Shown here piece by piece: positions 18,116 through 31,469 of a DNA stretch of 64,000 nt. The stretch's first letter is position 1, and the number at the start of each line of letters is the position of its first letter. The notes under the pieces were generated by a model, which saw nothing but the letters and a program-made list of their open reading frames with translations, was not told the DNA's origin and did not search any database. This DNA is from Macrostomum lignano (taxonomy: Eukaryota): contig NIVC01000302.1 of NCBI GenBank assembly GCA_002269645.1, positions 378,303 through 442,302 of the forward strand, given 5' to 3'. A program made the position numbers and the translations under genes.

Positions 18116-18689
18116 TGCCCTCTCAGAGGAAACCAGATGCACAGAACGTCAGCAGGCTGCATTAAAATCTGGTTTCTATTGCTATCGTACAAGCAGGAAA
18201 TTTCCTTGCCTAGAATTTCTTCATTTAGTAGTACGGTTAATTATCTCTGTCAGCTCGGTGCAATACTGTGTGCCGTGAATATTGCTCTGCTGTCTAAATT
18301 CTTATTGCTGCTACCTGGATTACAAGTAAAATATTAGCGTTTTCCCGCATCTGTTTTAGTCGGAATTGTATCGAAATTTTTTGTTTTTAATTCATTATGT
18401 TTTTAGCTCTGCGATAAAGATGCTGTGCGCACTTGTGCCAATCTATTATTTAGCTATAATGTGTCCTCTATCCGACAAAAATTAATGCACTATGCTATTG
18501 CGCTTTAATAGTCAAAATATTTACGCTCGTACTGGTTCACTTTTTGCGTTACTCTTTGCTTTACTTTCCCACGATTTTAAGGAGTTTCTAAAAATCGCCC
18601 TGTACCTTAATTTTTAAAAACAATTTTTTTACTGTTCCACAAAATCGTGCTGTACCTTTCGTAAGAATCGTTCTGTACATTTAATAAAA

Positions 18690-19075
18690 ATCGCCTTTTA
18701 TCTTTCCTGAGAAATGTCCTGTACCATCAATGAGAATCGCTCAGTACCTTTTTCTAAGAATCGCCCTGTACCTTTTCCTAAGAATCGCCTTGTACCCCTT
18801 TCCTAAGAATCGCCTTGTACCCCTTTCCTAAGAATCGCCTTGTACCCCTTTCCTAAGAATCGCCTTGTACCCCTTTTTCTAAGAATCGCCTTGTACCCCT
18901 TTTTCTAAGAATCGCCTTGTACCCCTTTTTCTAAGAATCGCCTTGTACCCCTTTTTCTAAGAATCGCCTTGTACCCCTCTCTTAAAAATTCCTTGTAACG
19001 TTACTAAGAATCGGCCTGTATATTTTCTAAGAATCGCCTTGTACCGTCACTGAGAGTCGCCCTTACTCGTATGTG
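18690..19075. repeat. 25-27-bp minisatellite (taagaatcgccttgtacccctttcc)n upstream of AIF
   Basis: Direct tandem array. Confidence 0.92.
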
Positions 19076-19206
19076 TACTTTAGCCCTTTAGCCTTCTCCT
19101 ATAGTCTTCATTATAAATGATAATTTTGAGTGTTTCTGTGTTACACTTGAATCACTGCTAACGCCATTCCAGATCCCCCAACTAGTACAATTGGTACACC
19201 TGAACA

Positions 19207-22200
19207 ATGCTTCGATTCTCACGCTTAGCCTCATCGGCCGCCCGTCATCAGCGCGCTGCACTTTATAGCAGCCGCCAGTTTCATTCGCGCTTCATCGCAG
19301 CCTCAACCAGTGGGAGCGGCGGCGGTAACGGCGGCGACAACGCCGGAGATTCTGCCGGTCGTTTCTACCGCATCGGAGCGGCCGCCGCTGCCGTGGCTGC
19401 TCTGGCCGCTGCCGCTCTGAGCAGCCCCAATGCCGACAGCAGATTCCCGACTGCTCAAGTGGCTACAGCTACCACTTCTGCGACAGGTTCCACGCATGTC
19501 ACCTACGAACAGCAGCTCAAACAGAAACGCAGCCAGCGTCGGATTGTCACGCCTATCGATCGATTCGATAATGGCGGCGAGATCAAACGAACCGACGGAT
19601 TAACAGCGGCCGATGCCGGCGATAGTCGATCGTTGCAAAAGAGCGCCCTAACCAGATCGGCGCCTGCCGCTCTGCCGCTGGCAGCTGGCGGCGCCGCTAC
19701 TGGCAAGTCTACGGCGCAGAGAACTGTTGCCGAGCAACAGGCGACTTTGCCGGCACCAGCAGCGCCAGCGGACAGTCCCGGGTCCGTTGTGACAATGTCC
19801 GACCGTACCGGCTTGCCTAGCAGGGTGCCCTACTTAATTATTGGCAGCGGATTTGCCGGCATGGCGGCTGCTAGAGCTATCCGGGCTAGCGATCCGCTTT
19901 CTAAGGTGCGGTATGCGCGTGCTTCATAAGTGTATGCAGTTAGAATGCTGCCCTCTGAGTGTACTCTGAATTAACTCTGTAATACGAGCTATCTTAAAGT
20001 TGCCCTTAAAACTCTTTTAATCGTTCTCAGAACTCCCCATCCCGAGACCTTCCCTCAGGATTCCCCATCCCGAGACCTTCCCTTAGAACTCCCCATCCCG
20101 AGACCTTCCCTCAGGATTCCCCATCCCGAGACCTTCCCTTAGAACTCCACATCCCGAGACCTTCCCTCAGAATTCCCCATCCCGAGACCTTCCCTTAGAA
20201 CTCCCCATCCCGAGACCTTCCCTCAGGATTCCCCATCCCGAGACCTTCCCTTAGAACTCCCCATCCCGAGACCTTCCCTCAGGATTCCCCATCCCGAGAC
20301 CTTCCCTTAGAACTCCACATCCCGAGACCTTCTCTCAGAATTCCCCATCCCGAGACCTTCCCTTAGAACTCCCCATCCCGAGACCTTCTCTCAGAGCTCC
20401 CCATCCCGAGACCTTCCCTCAGGATTCCCTATCCCGAGACCTTCTCTCATAATTCCCCATCCCGAGACCTTCCCTCAGGAGTCCCCATCCCGAGACCTTC
20501 TCTCATAATTCCCCATCCCGAGACCTTCCCAGAAGTCCCCATCCCGAGACCTTCTCTCAGAATTCCCCATCCCGAGGCCTTCCCTCAGAATTCCCCATCC
20601 CGAGACCTTCTCTCATAATTCCCCATCCCGAGACCTTCCCTCAGGAGTCCCCATCCCGAGACCTTCTCTCATAATTCCCCATCCCGAGACCTTCTCTCAT
20701 AATTCCCCATCCCGAGACCTTCCCAGAACTCCCCATCCCGAGACCTTCCCTCAGAAGTCCCCATCCCGAGACCTTCTCTCAGAATTCCCCATCCCGAGAC
20801 CTTCTCTCAGAATTCCCCATCCCGAGACCTCTCAGAATTCCCCATCCCGAGACCTCTCAGAATTCCCCGTCTGCCAGAAGCTTGTCTCATACCATTAAAT
20901 ATTACTCTAACAATCATTCCCTAAAAACAACAGGTGCTAATGATTGGCGACGAGCCCTACCCGCCGTACCTTCGCCCGCCGCTGTCCAAAGAGCTGTGGC
21001 GTCGCAAAGATGACCGAGTGAAAGCCATGCTGTCTCCGCTAGGCGATATGCGGCGCAATTCTTGGCTATTTGTCGAGCCGGATTCGTTTTTCATCGAGCC
21101 GCGCCGGCTTCATTTGGCGGACACCGGCGGCGTTAGCCTGTGGAAAGGTCGCCGAGTCATCGCCTTGGACATCGCCGATAAGCGAGTCACGTTGGATAGC
21201 GGCGATCGAATCGAATACGGCAAATGTCTGCTGGCCACCGGCGGCCGGCCCCGCACCCTGCCCGTGTTCGACGCCGCCGCCGCCCAGTCGCCCGAGGTGG
21301 CCTCCAGGACTGCCTACTTTCGCAATATCGACGATTTTCAATCGTTGCGCAACAAAGCTAATCAAGCGAAATCTGTCATTGTAATTGGCGGCGGCTTTCT
21401 CGGCTGTGAGCTAGCTGTTAGCTTGACAGAGGTGGCTAAGAAAACCGGCTTGGAGGTGAGTAGTTTGCTGTCAGTGTAGCTGGATTCAGCATTCGCTAAC
21501 CCCCCTCCCCTGCTTAAACCGATCATCTCGGTCCGCTTAATTGGTCTAGCCGCTAACCCCCCTCCCCCGCTTGCTTGAACTGGCCGCCGCTAACCCCCCC
21601 CCGCTTAATTGATCTGGCCGACGCTAAACCCCCCCCCCCCGCTTACTTGAACTGGCCGCTGCAAACCCCCCGCTTAATTGATCTGGCCGACGCTAAACCC
21701 CCCCGCTTACTTGATCTGGCCGCTGACAACCCCCCGCTTAATTGATCTGTCCGCTGCAAACCCCCCCCCCTTAATTGATCTGGCCGCTGCAAACCCCCCC
21801 CCCTTAATTGATCTGGCCGCTGCAAACCCCCCGCTTAATTGATCTGGCCGCTGCTAAACCTTCCGCTTAATTGATCTGGCCGCTGCTAAACCTTCCGCTT
21901 AATTGATCTGTCCGCTGCAACCCCCCCCCGCTTAATTGAACTGGCCGCCGCTATCCTACAGCGACATAGCTCCTCCCAGTGCTTCACAATCTCCAATACA
22001 GTATTTTTCACAGAACTCCACCAACCAATCAATCGCAGGTGCACCAAGTGTTTAAAGAGTCCGGCACCTTGGCTCACGTTTTGCCGCCTCACCTATCCGA
22101 GCACACGTCAAAATTCATCGCCCAGAGCGGCGTGGCCCAGTACCCCGGCGAGCGGGTGACCTCAGTAGACTGGGACTCGGCCGCCGGTCAAGTGAAGGTC

Positions 22201-23007
22201 GGCCTGAGCTCCGGCCGCAGCCTCTCAGCCGACCTATGCCTGGTTGCCGTTGGCATCGAGGCCAACACTCAGCTAGCTGAATCGGCCGGATTAGAAATCG
22301 ATCCAGGCGACGGCGGCTTCCTAGTGAACGCCGAACTGGAAGCTCGAGCCGATCTGTACGCGGCTGGGGACGCCTGCTCCTACTACGATGTGCTGCTTGG
22401 CAGGCGTCGAGTTGAGCACGTCAACCACGCTGAGGAGAGCGGCGCCGTTGCCGGCCGGAACATGGCGTCCGACCCGGCTGATCCGGACAGGAAACGGTCC
22501 ACCTACCAGCACCAGAGCTCGTTCTGGTGCAACCTGGCCAACACACTGGCCTGGGACGCTGTGGGATTAGTTGACTCCCGCCTAGAGACTCAATCATTCT
22601 TTGCTATGCCTCCGCTAGCATCCGATGACGGAGCAGCCGGCAGCGACACCGCGGAGGACTATCAGTATCCGGGAGTGGTTTTCTACCTGAAAGCCGGTCG
22701 GGTTGTTGGCATCCTGCTGTGGAATTTGCCAGACGAAATCTTTCAAGATAAGAAAGCGTTCGCTCCGTCGAGGCTCAATCTGGCCAGGAAGGTGCTGGCG
22801 GAGAGGCAGCTGGCGGACCCAGCGGCGCTGCAGGCTCTGGCTAGAGAGTTCGACGTCTACCAGACTGTCGACGACGACTATCAGGATTTAAAGAAGTACA
22901 TGGAGACCAAGGAGAGACAGCAGCAGCAGCAGGCGGAGGCATCGGCGACTGCCAATTCGTCGGGTCCTGCCGCAACCGGTGTCGCATCAGCGCCAGTGCC
23001 CGCCTGA
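19207..23007 (+). CDS. AIFM1: Apoptosis-inducing factor, mitochondrial (AIFM1-like flavoprotein); exons 19207-19905, 20934-21455, 22039-23007 (~729 aa)
   Basis: Arg/Ser-rich presequence and Ala-rich TM segment; VPYLIIGSG, PYLRPPLSKELW, KCLLATGG, VIGGGFLGCELA, AAGDA, RRRVEH, HQSSFW, AVGLVDS and GILLWN; GT-AG introns join in frame. Confidence 0.93.
20027..20868. repeat. 28-bp minisatellite (ccccatcccgagaccttccctcagaatt)n in AIF intron 1
   Basis: Direct tandem array. Confidence 0.97.
21495..21945. repeat. ~32-35-bp minisatellite (cccccccgcttaattgatctggccgctgcaaa)n in AIF intron 2
   Basis: Direct tandem array with a variable C-run. Confidence 0.93.
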
Positions 23008-23544
23008 GATTGTTTCGCCTATTAGCATAAAAATATGTCATCTTCTGTGTCCGCTAGTACTAATAGTAGCGTGCTAGTTTGTTTTCTAGTTGGGAACAAA
23101 ATAGAAGCTAGTGGAAATTGGGCTGTTATACGAGAGACTTCGTATTGTAAGAAATAGACTACGCAAACTTCGCCCCTAGTTTTGTTATTCTCTCCCGTTT
23201 TTATAGCTGTCAAATTTATCACATTGCTGTCTCTATGCATTCATTCATTAGCGAAAAATCTAGCGATTTAATAATGCGTTTAAAGCAGAAAAACCTACAC
23301 GCGGCTTTGTGCCTAACGGTCGCAGAATCTACCGTTCAGCTTACCAACTATAGAATTGCTGTCTATTTTCCAGAGTTCCCAGCTCTTGTTTCATACATTG
23401 TTTTTGGTTAATCTGCTATGTCTTCTGCAAAACTAATGATGCGATTAATTGGAACTGCGCCTTCAAGTCGCTTATTTTCGTTCGGGCTTGCTCAGAGACA
23501 CTTTGATTCACCCTTGTGGGATCTCCCTCATCATCTCCATCAGT

Positions 23545-24135
23545 CATGAGAATCTGCCTCTCCGCTCCATCAGTCCCTGAGAATCTGCCTCTCCGCTCCA
23601 TCAGTCCCTGAGAATCGGCCTCTCTGCTCCCCCCCGTCCCTGAGAATCTGCCTCTCCGCTCCATCAGTCCCTGAGAATCGGCCTCTCTGCTCCCCCCCCG
23701 TCCCTGAGAATCTGCCTCTCCGCTCCCTCAGTCCCTGAGAATCTTCCTCTCCGCTCCATCAGTCCCTGAGCATCTGCCTCTCCGCTCCATCAGTCCCTGA
23801 GAATCTGCCTCTCCGCTCCCTCAGTCCCTGAGAATCTTCCTCTCCGCTCCATCAGTCCCTGAGCATCTGCCTCTCCGCTCCATCAGTCCCTGAGCATCTG
23901 CCTCTCCGCTCCATCAGTCCCTGAGAATCTGCCTCTCCGCTCCATCAGTCCCTGAGAATCTGCCTCTCCGCTTTATCAGTCCCTGAGAATCTGCCTCTCC
24001 GCTCCATCAGTCCCTGAGAATCTGCCTCTCCGCTCCATCAGTCCCTGAGCATCTGCCTCTCCGCTCCATCAGTCCCTGAGCATCTGCCTCTCCGCTCCAT
24101 CAGTCCCTGAGCATCTGCCTCTCCGCTCCATCAGT
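23545..24135. repeat. 31-bp minisatellite (cagtccctgagaatctgcctctccgctccat)n in the AIF-CDK spacer
   Basis: Direct tandem array ending ~60 bp before ttttag|ATG. Confidence 0.96.
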
Positions 24136-24197
24136 GCTTGAAACTGTTTTTCACGCCCATGCTGTGTGCTTATATTTCTTAATCCACAATATTTTAG

Positions 24198-25117
24198 ATG
24201 CAGGAAGATAAAAAGCTAAAGAAAAAGAAGAAGGAAAAGAAAAAGAAGGAAAAGAAAGAAAAAAAGGAGAAAAAGCAGAAGAAAGACAAGAAAGAGAAGA
24301 AAGCCAAACGGCTTCAGCGTCGCAGCCCAGAGTTGGTCGGCGGCAGCGACTCCGACAGTTCCGTCCCGGCGCCAAAAGCAAAGCGGCAAGCCCCGGCATC
24401 TTCTGCGACTCCGGCCATCGCAGCCGCCTCTGCCGATCGCAGCCAGCATCGGCACCGAACGACATCCAGCCGGCATCTGAACGCCCCCGCGACTGCTCGC
24501 GACCGGTCCAGATCGCGGGACCGCGGCAGGCGCGACCGAGTCGAAGGCGGCAGCTCCAGCGGCAGCCGCGATCAGCAGCGGCCCAGCATCAGCGTCGGGC
24601 TCTGGTCGGAGATCTCCCGCAACACCGGCTGCGCTCTGCCACCGCCTCCGGAAGTGCCGAAGCAGCAAAAGCAGCAGCAGCAGCAGCAGCAATCATCATC
24701 TTCTTCGTCAGCTGGCAGCGGCAGTTCAAAGCGGCCTGCAGCTTCTGTATCCAACGATCAACAGCCGCCAGCTAGTAAGTTGGCGCGTCATCACCATGGC
24801 AACCAGGCTGGCAAAGAGCAACACCACTCGGAGGTCCGGCTAGAAGACATCAGCCTGCCAGCTGGCAAACCCGCCGCCGTAGCCTCTTCGGCCGCCGGCT
24901 CGGCTGTTGCCAAGGAGACGACGCAGCGTCGGTTATCGACAATGCCGAATTTGCCTATGCCGCCGGGCATGGAGCTGGCGACTGCGGGCAGCTCGGGCAG
25001 CAAGTCGAGACGGTCGCAGCAGCAGCGGCTATCAACCCTGCCTGACCTGCCTCTCCCAAGTGTGAAACTCGATCATCATCGACGAAGCCAAAGATCTTCC
25101 ACTTCCAGTTCTTCTGT

Positions 25118-25155
<38 letters not shown>

Positions 25156-28100
25156 TGCCGCAGCCGCAGCAGCTACAAGCTAATCAGCCTCAGCTAAACC
25201 CCTTGGCGGCCATCAATGGACCGGCCGCTTCCTTAAACTTCTCGGGTGTCTCAGCCTCCGGCGCGGCTGCCTTAACTGAGGAATTCGTCAAACCGAAGCT
25301 GTGCCAGCGACGTCAAAAGGATGCTAAAAATTTAGTAAGGCAAAATGATGATAGTGCTTGGTTTTACTGGAGAATTAATGTGTTTATAAATTAGTGATGA
25401 TCACGGATTTGTAACTGTAGTGTAAGTTGTAGTAGTATGTTGTGATCGCCATTGCCGTCTTTAGTTGACGGAAGATTGTAGTAGTATCGTAGTAGTGCTA
25501 GTAGTATCGTAGTAGTGCTAGTAGTATCGTTGTAGTTCTAGTAGTATCGTTGTAGTTCTAGTAGTATCGTTGTAGTTCTAGTAGCATCGTAGTAGTTCTA
25601 GTACGAGTAGTATCGTAGTAGTTCTAGTAGTATCGTTGTAGTTCTAGTAGTATCGTTGTAGTTCTAGTAGTATCGTTGTAGTTCTAGTAGTATCGTTGTA
25701 GTGCTAGTAGTATCGTTGTAGTTCTAGTAGTATCGTTGTAGTTCTAGTAGTATCGTTGTAGTTCTAGTAGCATCGTAGTAGTTCTAGTACGAGTAGTATC
25801 GTAGTAGTTCTAGTAGTATCGTTGTAGTTCTAGTAGTATCGTTGTAGTTCTAGTAGTATCGTTGTAGTTCTAGTAGTATCGTTGTAGTTCTAGTAGTATC
25901 GTTGTAGTTCTAGTAGTATCGTTGTAGTTCTAGTAGTATCGTTGTAGTTCTAGTAGCATCGTTGTAGTTCTAGTAGCATCGTTGTAGTTCTAGTAGTATC
26001 GTTGTAGTTCTAGTAGCATCGTTGTAGTTCTAGTAGTATCGTAGTAGTTCTAGTAGTATCGTAGTAGTTCTAGTACGAGTAGAATCGTAGTAGTTCTAGT
26101 ACGAGTAGTATCGTAGTAGTTCTAGTAGTATCGTTGTAGTTCTAGTAGTATCGTTGTAGTTCTAGTAGTATCGTTGTAGTTCTAGTAGTATCGTTGTAGT
26201 TCTAGTAGTATCGTTGTAGTTCTAGTAGTATCGTTGTAGTTCTAGTAGCATCGTTGTAGTTCTAGTACGAGTAGAATCGTAGTACATGTAGTTCTAGTAG
26301 AGAGTAGTATCGTAGTAGTTCTAGTACGAGTAGTAGTTCTAGTACGAGTAGTATCATAGTGGTTCTAGTAGTATCGTTGTAGTTCTAGTAGTATCGTTGT
26401 AGTTCTAGTAGTATCGTTGTAGTTCTAGTAGTATCGTAGTAGTTCTAGTACGAGTAAAATCGTAGTAGTTCTAGTACGAGTAGTATCGTAGTAGTTCTAG
26501 TAGTATCGTTGTAGTTCTAGTAGTATCGTTGTAGTTCTAGTAGTATCGTTGTAGTTCTAGTAGCATCGTTGTAGTTCTAGTACGAGTAGTATCGTAGTAG
26601 TTCTAGTAGTATCGTTGTAGTTCTAGTAGCATCGTAGTAGTTCTAGTACGAGTAGAATCGTAGTAGTTCTAGTAGAGAGTAGTATCGTAGTAGTTCTAGT
26701 ACGAGTAGTAGTTCTAGTACGAGTAGTATGGTTGTAGTTCTAGTAGTATCGTAGTAATGGTAACGGTTAAAACATCCACCCTCCCGCCCAGGTATTCATG
26801 GACCGGACTCTGGCCAATTTTGAAATCTTGGCCCAAGTTGGCGAAGGCGCCTACGGCCAGGTGTACAAAGCGCGCGACAAAGACAACGGAGAACTGCGCG
26901 CGCTCAAGCGAGTCCGCTTGGAAAAAGAGAAAGAAGGCTTCCCAATCACGGCTGTTCGCGAGATTAAAATCCTCAAACAACTGCACCATCCCAATATTGT
27001 CAATCTCAGCGAGATACTCGCTGACGAGGCGGCTTTCTACCTGGTGTTCGATTACATGGACCATGATCTGTTCGGCCTGCTGGAGTCCTCGGAGGCCGAG
27101 TTCACCGAGCGGCACATTGCCGGCATGATGAAGCAGCTGCTGGACGGATTGAATTATTGCCACGGCAAGCGGTTCCTTCATCGCGACATCAAATGTTCCA
27201 ACGTGTTAATTAATAATCAGGGCCAGATTAAGCTGGCGGATTTCGGATTAGCTCGCCTAGTAGCTGGCGAGGACCGGCCTTACACTAATCCGGTCATCAC
27301 TCTGTGGTACAGGCCGCCTGAGCTGCTTCTGGGGGAGCTGCAGTATTCTACAGCTATTGACATTTGGTCTTGCGGCTGCATATTGGGCGAGTTGTTCACG
27401 AGGAAGCCGCTGTTCCAGGCTAACAGGGAGCCGGAGCAGCTGGAGGCTATCAGTCAGGTGAGTCCTCTGGGGAACAGCACAGCCAGCGAGTAGTACTACT
27501 AAGAGGGCTGGCCCAAAAGTAGTGCTACTTTTCATTATATCTCTCGTTGTGATAATCAAAAAAACATAATTTCGCACAGTTCTATAGCGGCAACTCTCTT
27601 CTCCATATTAACAGACATTGGAAACAAAAGCTAGGCTTAGTATTGCTTTTGACGATCTAAATGGGAATTTTGGACAATCAAAACGGGACGCCATGGACAT
27701 TCAAGCCAGGCCACAGGCTCGGGCGGCCCGGGAATACGCAACCATAGAATGTGGAATGGACAATCAAAATGGGAATTCGCCCAAATTAATGTATTTTTTA
27801 TCTCAAGGCCACTGAAGTAAACAAATTGTGCCCGTTACCGGAAGCAAAACAAAAGTAACTCAGAACTCTTGAACGTCAGAAAAGAATTTTCATTGAGTTC
27901 CTCAACCAAGAATTCTCATTTCCTGATCGGCCTTGCACAATCCTTCTTTCTGACCACAGCGAGGAAGGGATTCTGCACTCTGCCATCGAGTCGATAGTTG
28001 GCAGCGATTCGGAATGCGGTTGTTTTCTTGATTTGCAAGATTCTTGCAGCTCCTCCTGCGATGGATGACCCATGTTCAATCGCATCAATCAGACGCTGGC

Positions 28101-29517
28101 GATCTGCTACCGGAATTGGTGGCGCCATTGAATGGGGTTGCTTTCACCAGGCCAAAGACGAGCAAACAGGGGAGGGAGGGACTGAGAGCTGTAAAATCTC
28201 AGTCCGATTCCCGTATTGAATGGCTTTCTCCCATATTGAATGTCCAAAGTTATAGTCTATGGCCAAGCCTCCCTCAGTAGTAGACTTTGCTAAACTGCTA
28301 AAGTCCATGACTAGGGTGTGGTCTGAGGCCTGGCTTGAATGTCTATGGCATCCCGTTTTGATTGTCCAAATTCCCATTTAGATCGTCAAAAGTGATAATA
28401 GCTTTTTGCAGCCTATTGGGCCTACGTGCATTGAGTTTAATCCAAGATAGGTTTGCCAATGTAATGGAGCGGTATTTAATTTGGTCCAAAAAGCATCGAT
28501 TTGGTCCATAGTCCCAGAATAGTGGACCATATGCTAGGATGTAAAAGCTGTGCGAAATTATGTTGTTTGGACCATCAGAACGAGAGATATAATCAAAAGT
28601 AACGCTACTTTTGGGTACAGCCCTCGTAATTAGCAGTGCATGCAAACTGTCCTCGTTTCCAGCTGTGCGGCACCCCCTGTCCGGCCCTGTGGCCCAGCGT
28701 TGTCCGCCTGCGCGACTTCGCCGTGTACAAGCCCCGCCGGCAGCATCGCCGACGCCTGCGCGAAGAGCTCGCCTTCTTGCCAGAACTGGCGCTCGACCTG
28801 CTGGACCAGATGCTGCAGCTGGACCCGGAGAAGCGCTGCTCCGCTCAACAGGCGCTTGACGGACCCTGGCTGCGCGATGTTGACCCAGCTAAAGTGCCTC
28901 CGCCTAGCCTGCCCACTGATCAGGTTAGGGAATCACAGATCTTTTAATATTCTCATCTTTCAGTAGCCTCACAGATCCTTCAGTAGCCTCACAAATCATT
29001 TAGTAGCCTCACAGATCCTTCAGTAGCTTCACAGATCTTTCAGTAGCCTCACAGATCCTTCAGTAGCCTCACAGATCCTTCAGTAGCCTCACAGATCCTT
29101 CAGTAGCCTCACAGATCCTTCAGTAGCTTCACAGATCTTTCAGTAGCCTCACAGATCCTTCAGTTGCCTCACAGATCTTTCAGTAGCCTCACAGATCCTT
29201 CAGTAGCTTCACAGATCCTTCAGTAGCCTCACAGATCCTTCAGTAGCCTCACAGATCCTTCAGTAGCCTCACAGATCCTTCAGTAGCCTCACAGATCCTT
29301 CAGTAGCTTCACAGATCCTTCAGTAGCCTCACAGATCCTTCAGTAGCCTCACAGATCCTTCAGTAGCCTCACAGATCCTTCAGTTGCCTCACGGATCCTT
29401 CAGTCGCCTTACCTTTGACGTCAATATTAACTGTTACTGTGTGTAATTTTAACACAGGACTGTCACGAGATGTGGAGCAAAAAGAAGCGAAAGCAACAGC
29501 AACAGCAACAACAGCAA

Positions 29518-29560
<43 letters not shown>

Positions 29561-30024
29561 TTCCCGGTCGCCAAGGCCTGTCCCGCACATCCAGCGTAGT
29601 GGACCTGCAGGAGCGCGAGATGAAAAGAACAGCTGGTTATCATCATGGCCAGCATCAGCAGCATCAGCAGCAGCAGCAACAGCATCAACGGCAGCAGCAA
29701 CAACAGCAGCCGCAGGCGGCTCCCCTACTAGAGACCAGAGACAGGCGCGCCGCGCCTCAGGAGCTGGCCGCCGATCTCAGCCGCCTGCTGGCCGCGGATC
29801 CCGCCCTGGTTGACCGGCTGGCCATGTGCAGCGGCAGCGAGCCCGGAGTCGGCGGCGCAGAGCTGGAGCCGCGCACCGCTCAAGCCCTTCGCGAACTGCG
29901 CGCTCAATTAGCCGCAGAATCTTCATCTACTTCGGCGTCCTCATCCGAGCTTGTCCGAGAATTGCGAGCGGCTCTGGCCAGCCTGGCTAGCAAGGGTGAG
30001 GCCACCAGTAGCTATGCCAGCTAG
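24198..30024 (+). CDS. CDK12: Cyclin-dependent kinase 12/13 family (CTD kinase); exons 24198-25334, 26792-27457, 28663-28923, 29458-30024 (~876 aa)
   Basis: Lys-rich, RS-like and Pro-rich N-terminus; [67 protein letters not shown] and the CDK12/13-specific PTDQ|DCHEMWSKK extension; polyQ tail. CDK12 versus CDK13 is not resolvable. Confidence 0.93.
25480..26757. repeat. 20-bp minisatellite (tagtagtatcgttgtagttc)n in CDK intron 1
   Basis: Direct tandem array. Confidence 0.97.
27641..28397 (-). mobile_element. Non-autonomous Tc1/IS630-like element in CDK intron 2
   Basis: ~77-bp inverted repeats at 27641-27717 and 28323-28397 with TA at the outer ends. Internal frameshifted HTH relic: [67 protein letters not shown]. 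Confidence 0.75.
28958..29405. repeat. 20-bp minisatellite (cagtagcctcacagatcctt)n in CDK intron 3
   Basis: Direct tandem array. Confidence 0.97.
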
Positions 30025-30671
30025 GCTTGTTGGGCCTTGTAGATTTCAAATGCTTTTTAAGCCCGCCATTTTAGTTCCTAGCGGAGTAACAACAGATCGA
30101 GGCTAGAATTTATGCCTAATTGAATAGAATAGTCTCGTGGAGATGCAGGGTTATAGAGCCGCTTCTTTAGTATTGTTGCTCTTCGATAATAGCTTGTTTA
30201 ATTTATTTAGTTTCTTGAACAATTGAAGCAACTTCTGCGAACTTTAATGCGTTCTTTTCTTACAAGACAGGTTAACGAATATGCCTAGGGAGCAGCTGCG
30301 TTTCTGACACATTTTCTTGTGCATCTCGTGTCCTTATCGTTTCGAACTTCAGCTCCAAAAATACATGGGAGTTAAGACTTGGTTCTTGCTTGTACTTTTT
30401 TTGCTGAAATCCGCAAGCTTAACTTGCTCGTCGCGCTGTTCATTTTGTAAGTTATTTATTTAAAACGTCTTGTCGGAATAGTTAAATATATATTGCAAAA
30501 TAATATTAATTCTGTACTTGTAGTACGTTTAACTGTGCGTCTTAAAATACCGTGATTTCTGTGGAGTCACCCTGTAAACATATTGCTTTCTGATTTGTCT
30601 TTTTGGAACTTTTTTAACTTACTGCTTTATGAACAACATTGTGTGAACGCCATCGGAACTCAAATTTTGGC

Positions 30672-31075
30672 GCTGTAGCATTCGTACCCCTCTTGACACC
30701 CACCTCACTCCCAGTGTGTCCACAACCCCTGCTATGTAGCATTCCTACCCCTTCCGACACCCACCTCACTCCCAGTGTGTCCACAACCCCTGCTATGTAG
30801 CATTCCTACCCCTCCCGACACCCACCTCACTCCCAGTGTGTCCCGAACCCCTGCGTGTAGCATTCCTACCCCGCCCGATACCCACCTCACTCCCAGTGTG
30901 TCCTCAACCCCTGTCATGTAGCACTCCTACCCCTCCCGACACCCACCTCTTGACAATAGCTGCAAGGCGATCCGAAGACGCAGCTCCCCATGTCCCCAAC
31001 CTCGCCCTATAGTATTCCTACCTTTATCAACACCCACCTCACTCTCAGTGTGTCCCAACTCCTGCCCCGTAGGCA
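30672..31075. repeat. ~62-bp C-rich minisatellite between the convergent gene clusters
   Basis: Repeated tgtagcattcctacccctcccgacacccacctcactcccagtgtgtcc. Confidence 0.92.
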
Positions 31076-31469
31076 TATTTTCAGCAATAAAACCTTATTA
31101 GAAAATGTTGAAGTAAATGTTACACATTTATTTACGTCCAATTTCACATTAGACAGTATTGGTTATCATCTTATATTACTAGGTTTATATTTAAGCCTGT
31201 CGATTTAAAGAAAAATTCAAATAAAAGAAGAAAGCTATACTGTATATTATTTTACAGTTTAAAAGCGGCCTTTTCTAAGTCTAGTTCGTTTCTTGGAAAC
31301 TTGGCAAACTCCAGTTCCGTAGCAGACCCAGACAGTCTAAAAATATCTTAATGGGAAATCCTTCGAAAGTTAAGTGCGGTTTAAATTAAGCTTGGATAGA
31401 CAAACAGCATCCCATCCGCCACTTGAAGCTCTGGTCTGTCTAAACAAACCGGCGGGTTCTTGAATTAGT

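Noticed and set aside
17091-18337. ORFs up to 189 aa (SSVAGPASQILSCW repeats)
   Set aside because: Translations of the 28-bp minisatellite.
25480-26757. CRISPR-like regular arrays (here and at other 20-31-bp repeats)
   Set aside because: Units are head-to-tail with no unique spacers, no cas genes, and the context is eukaryotic.
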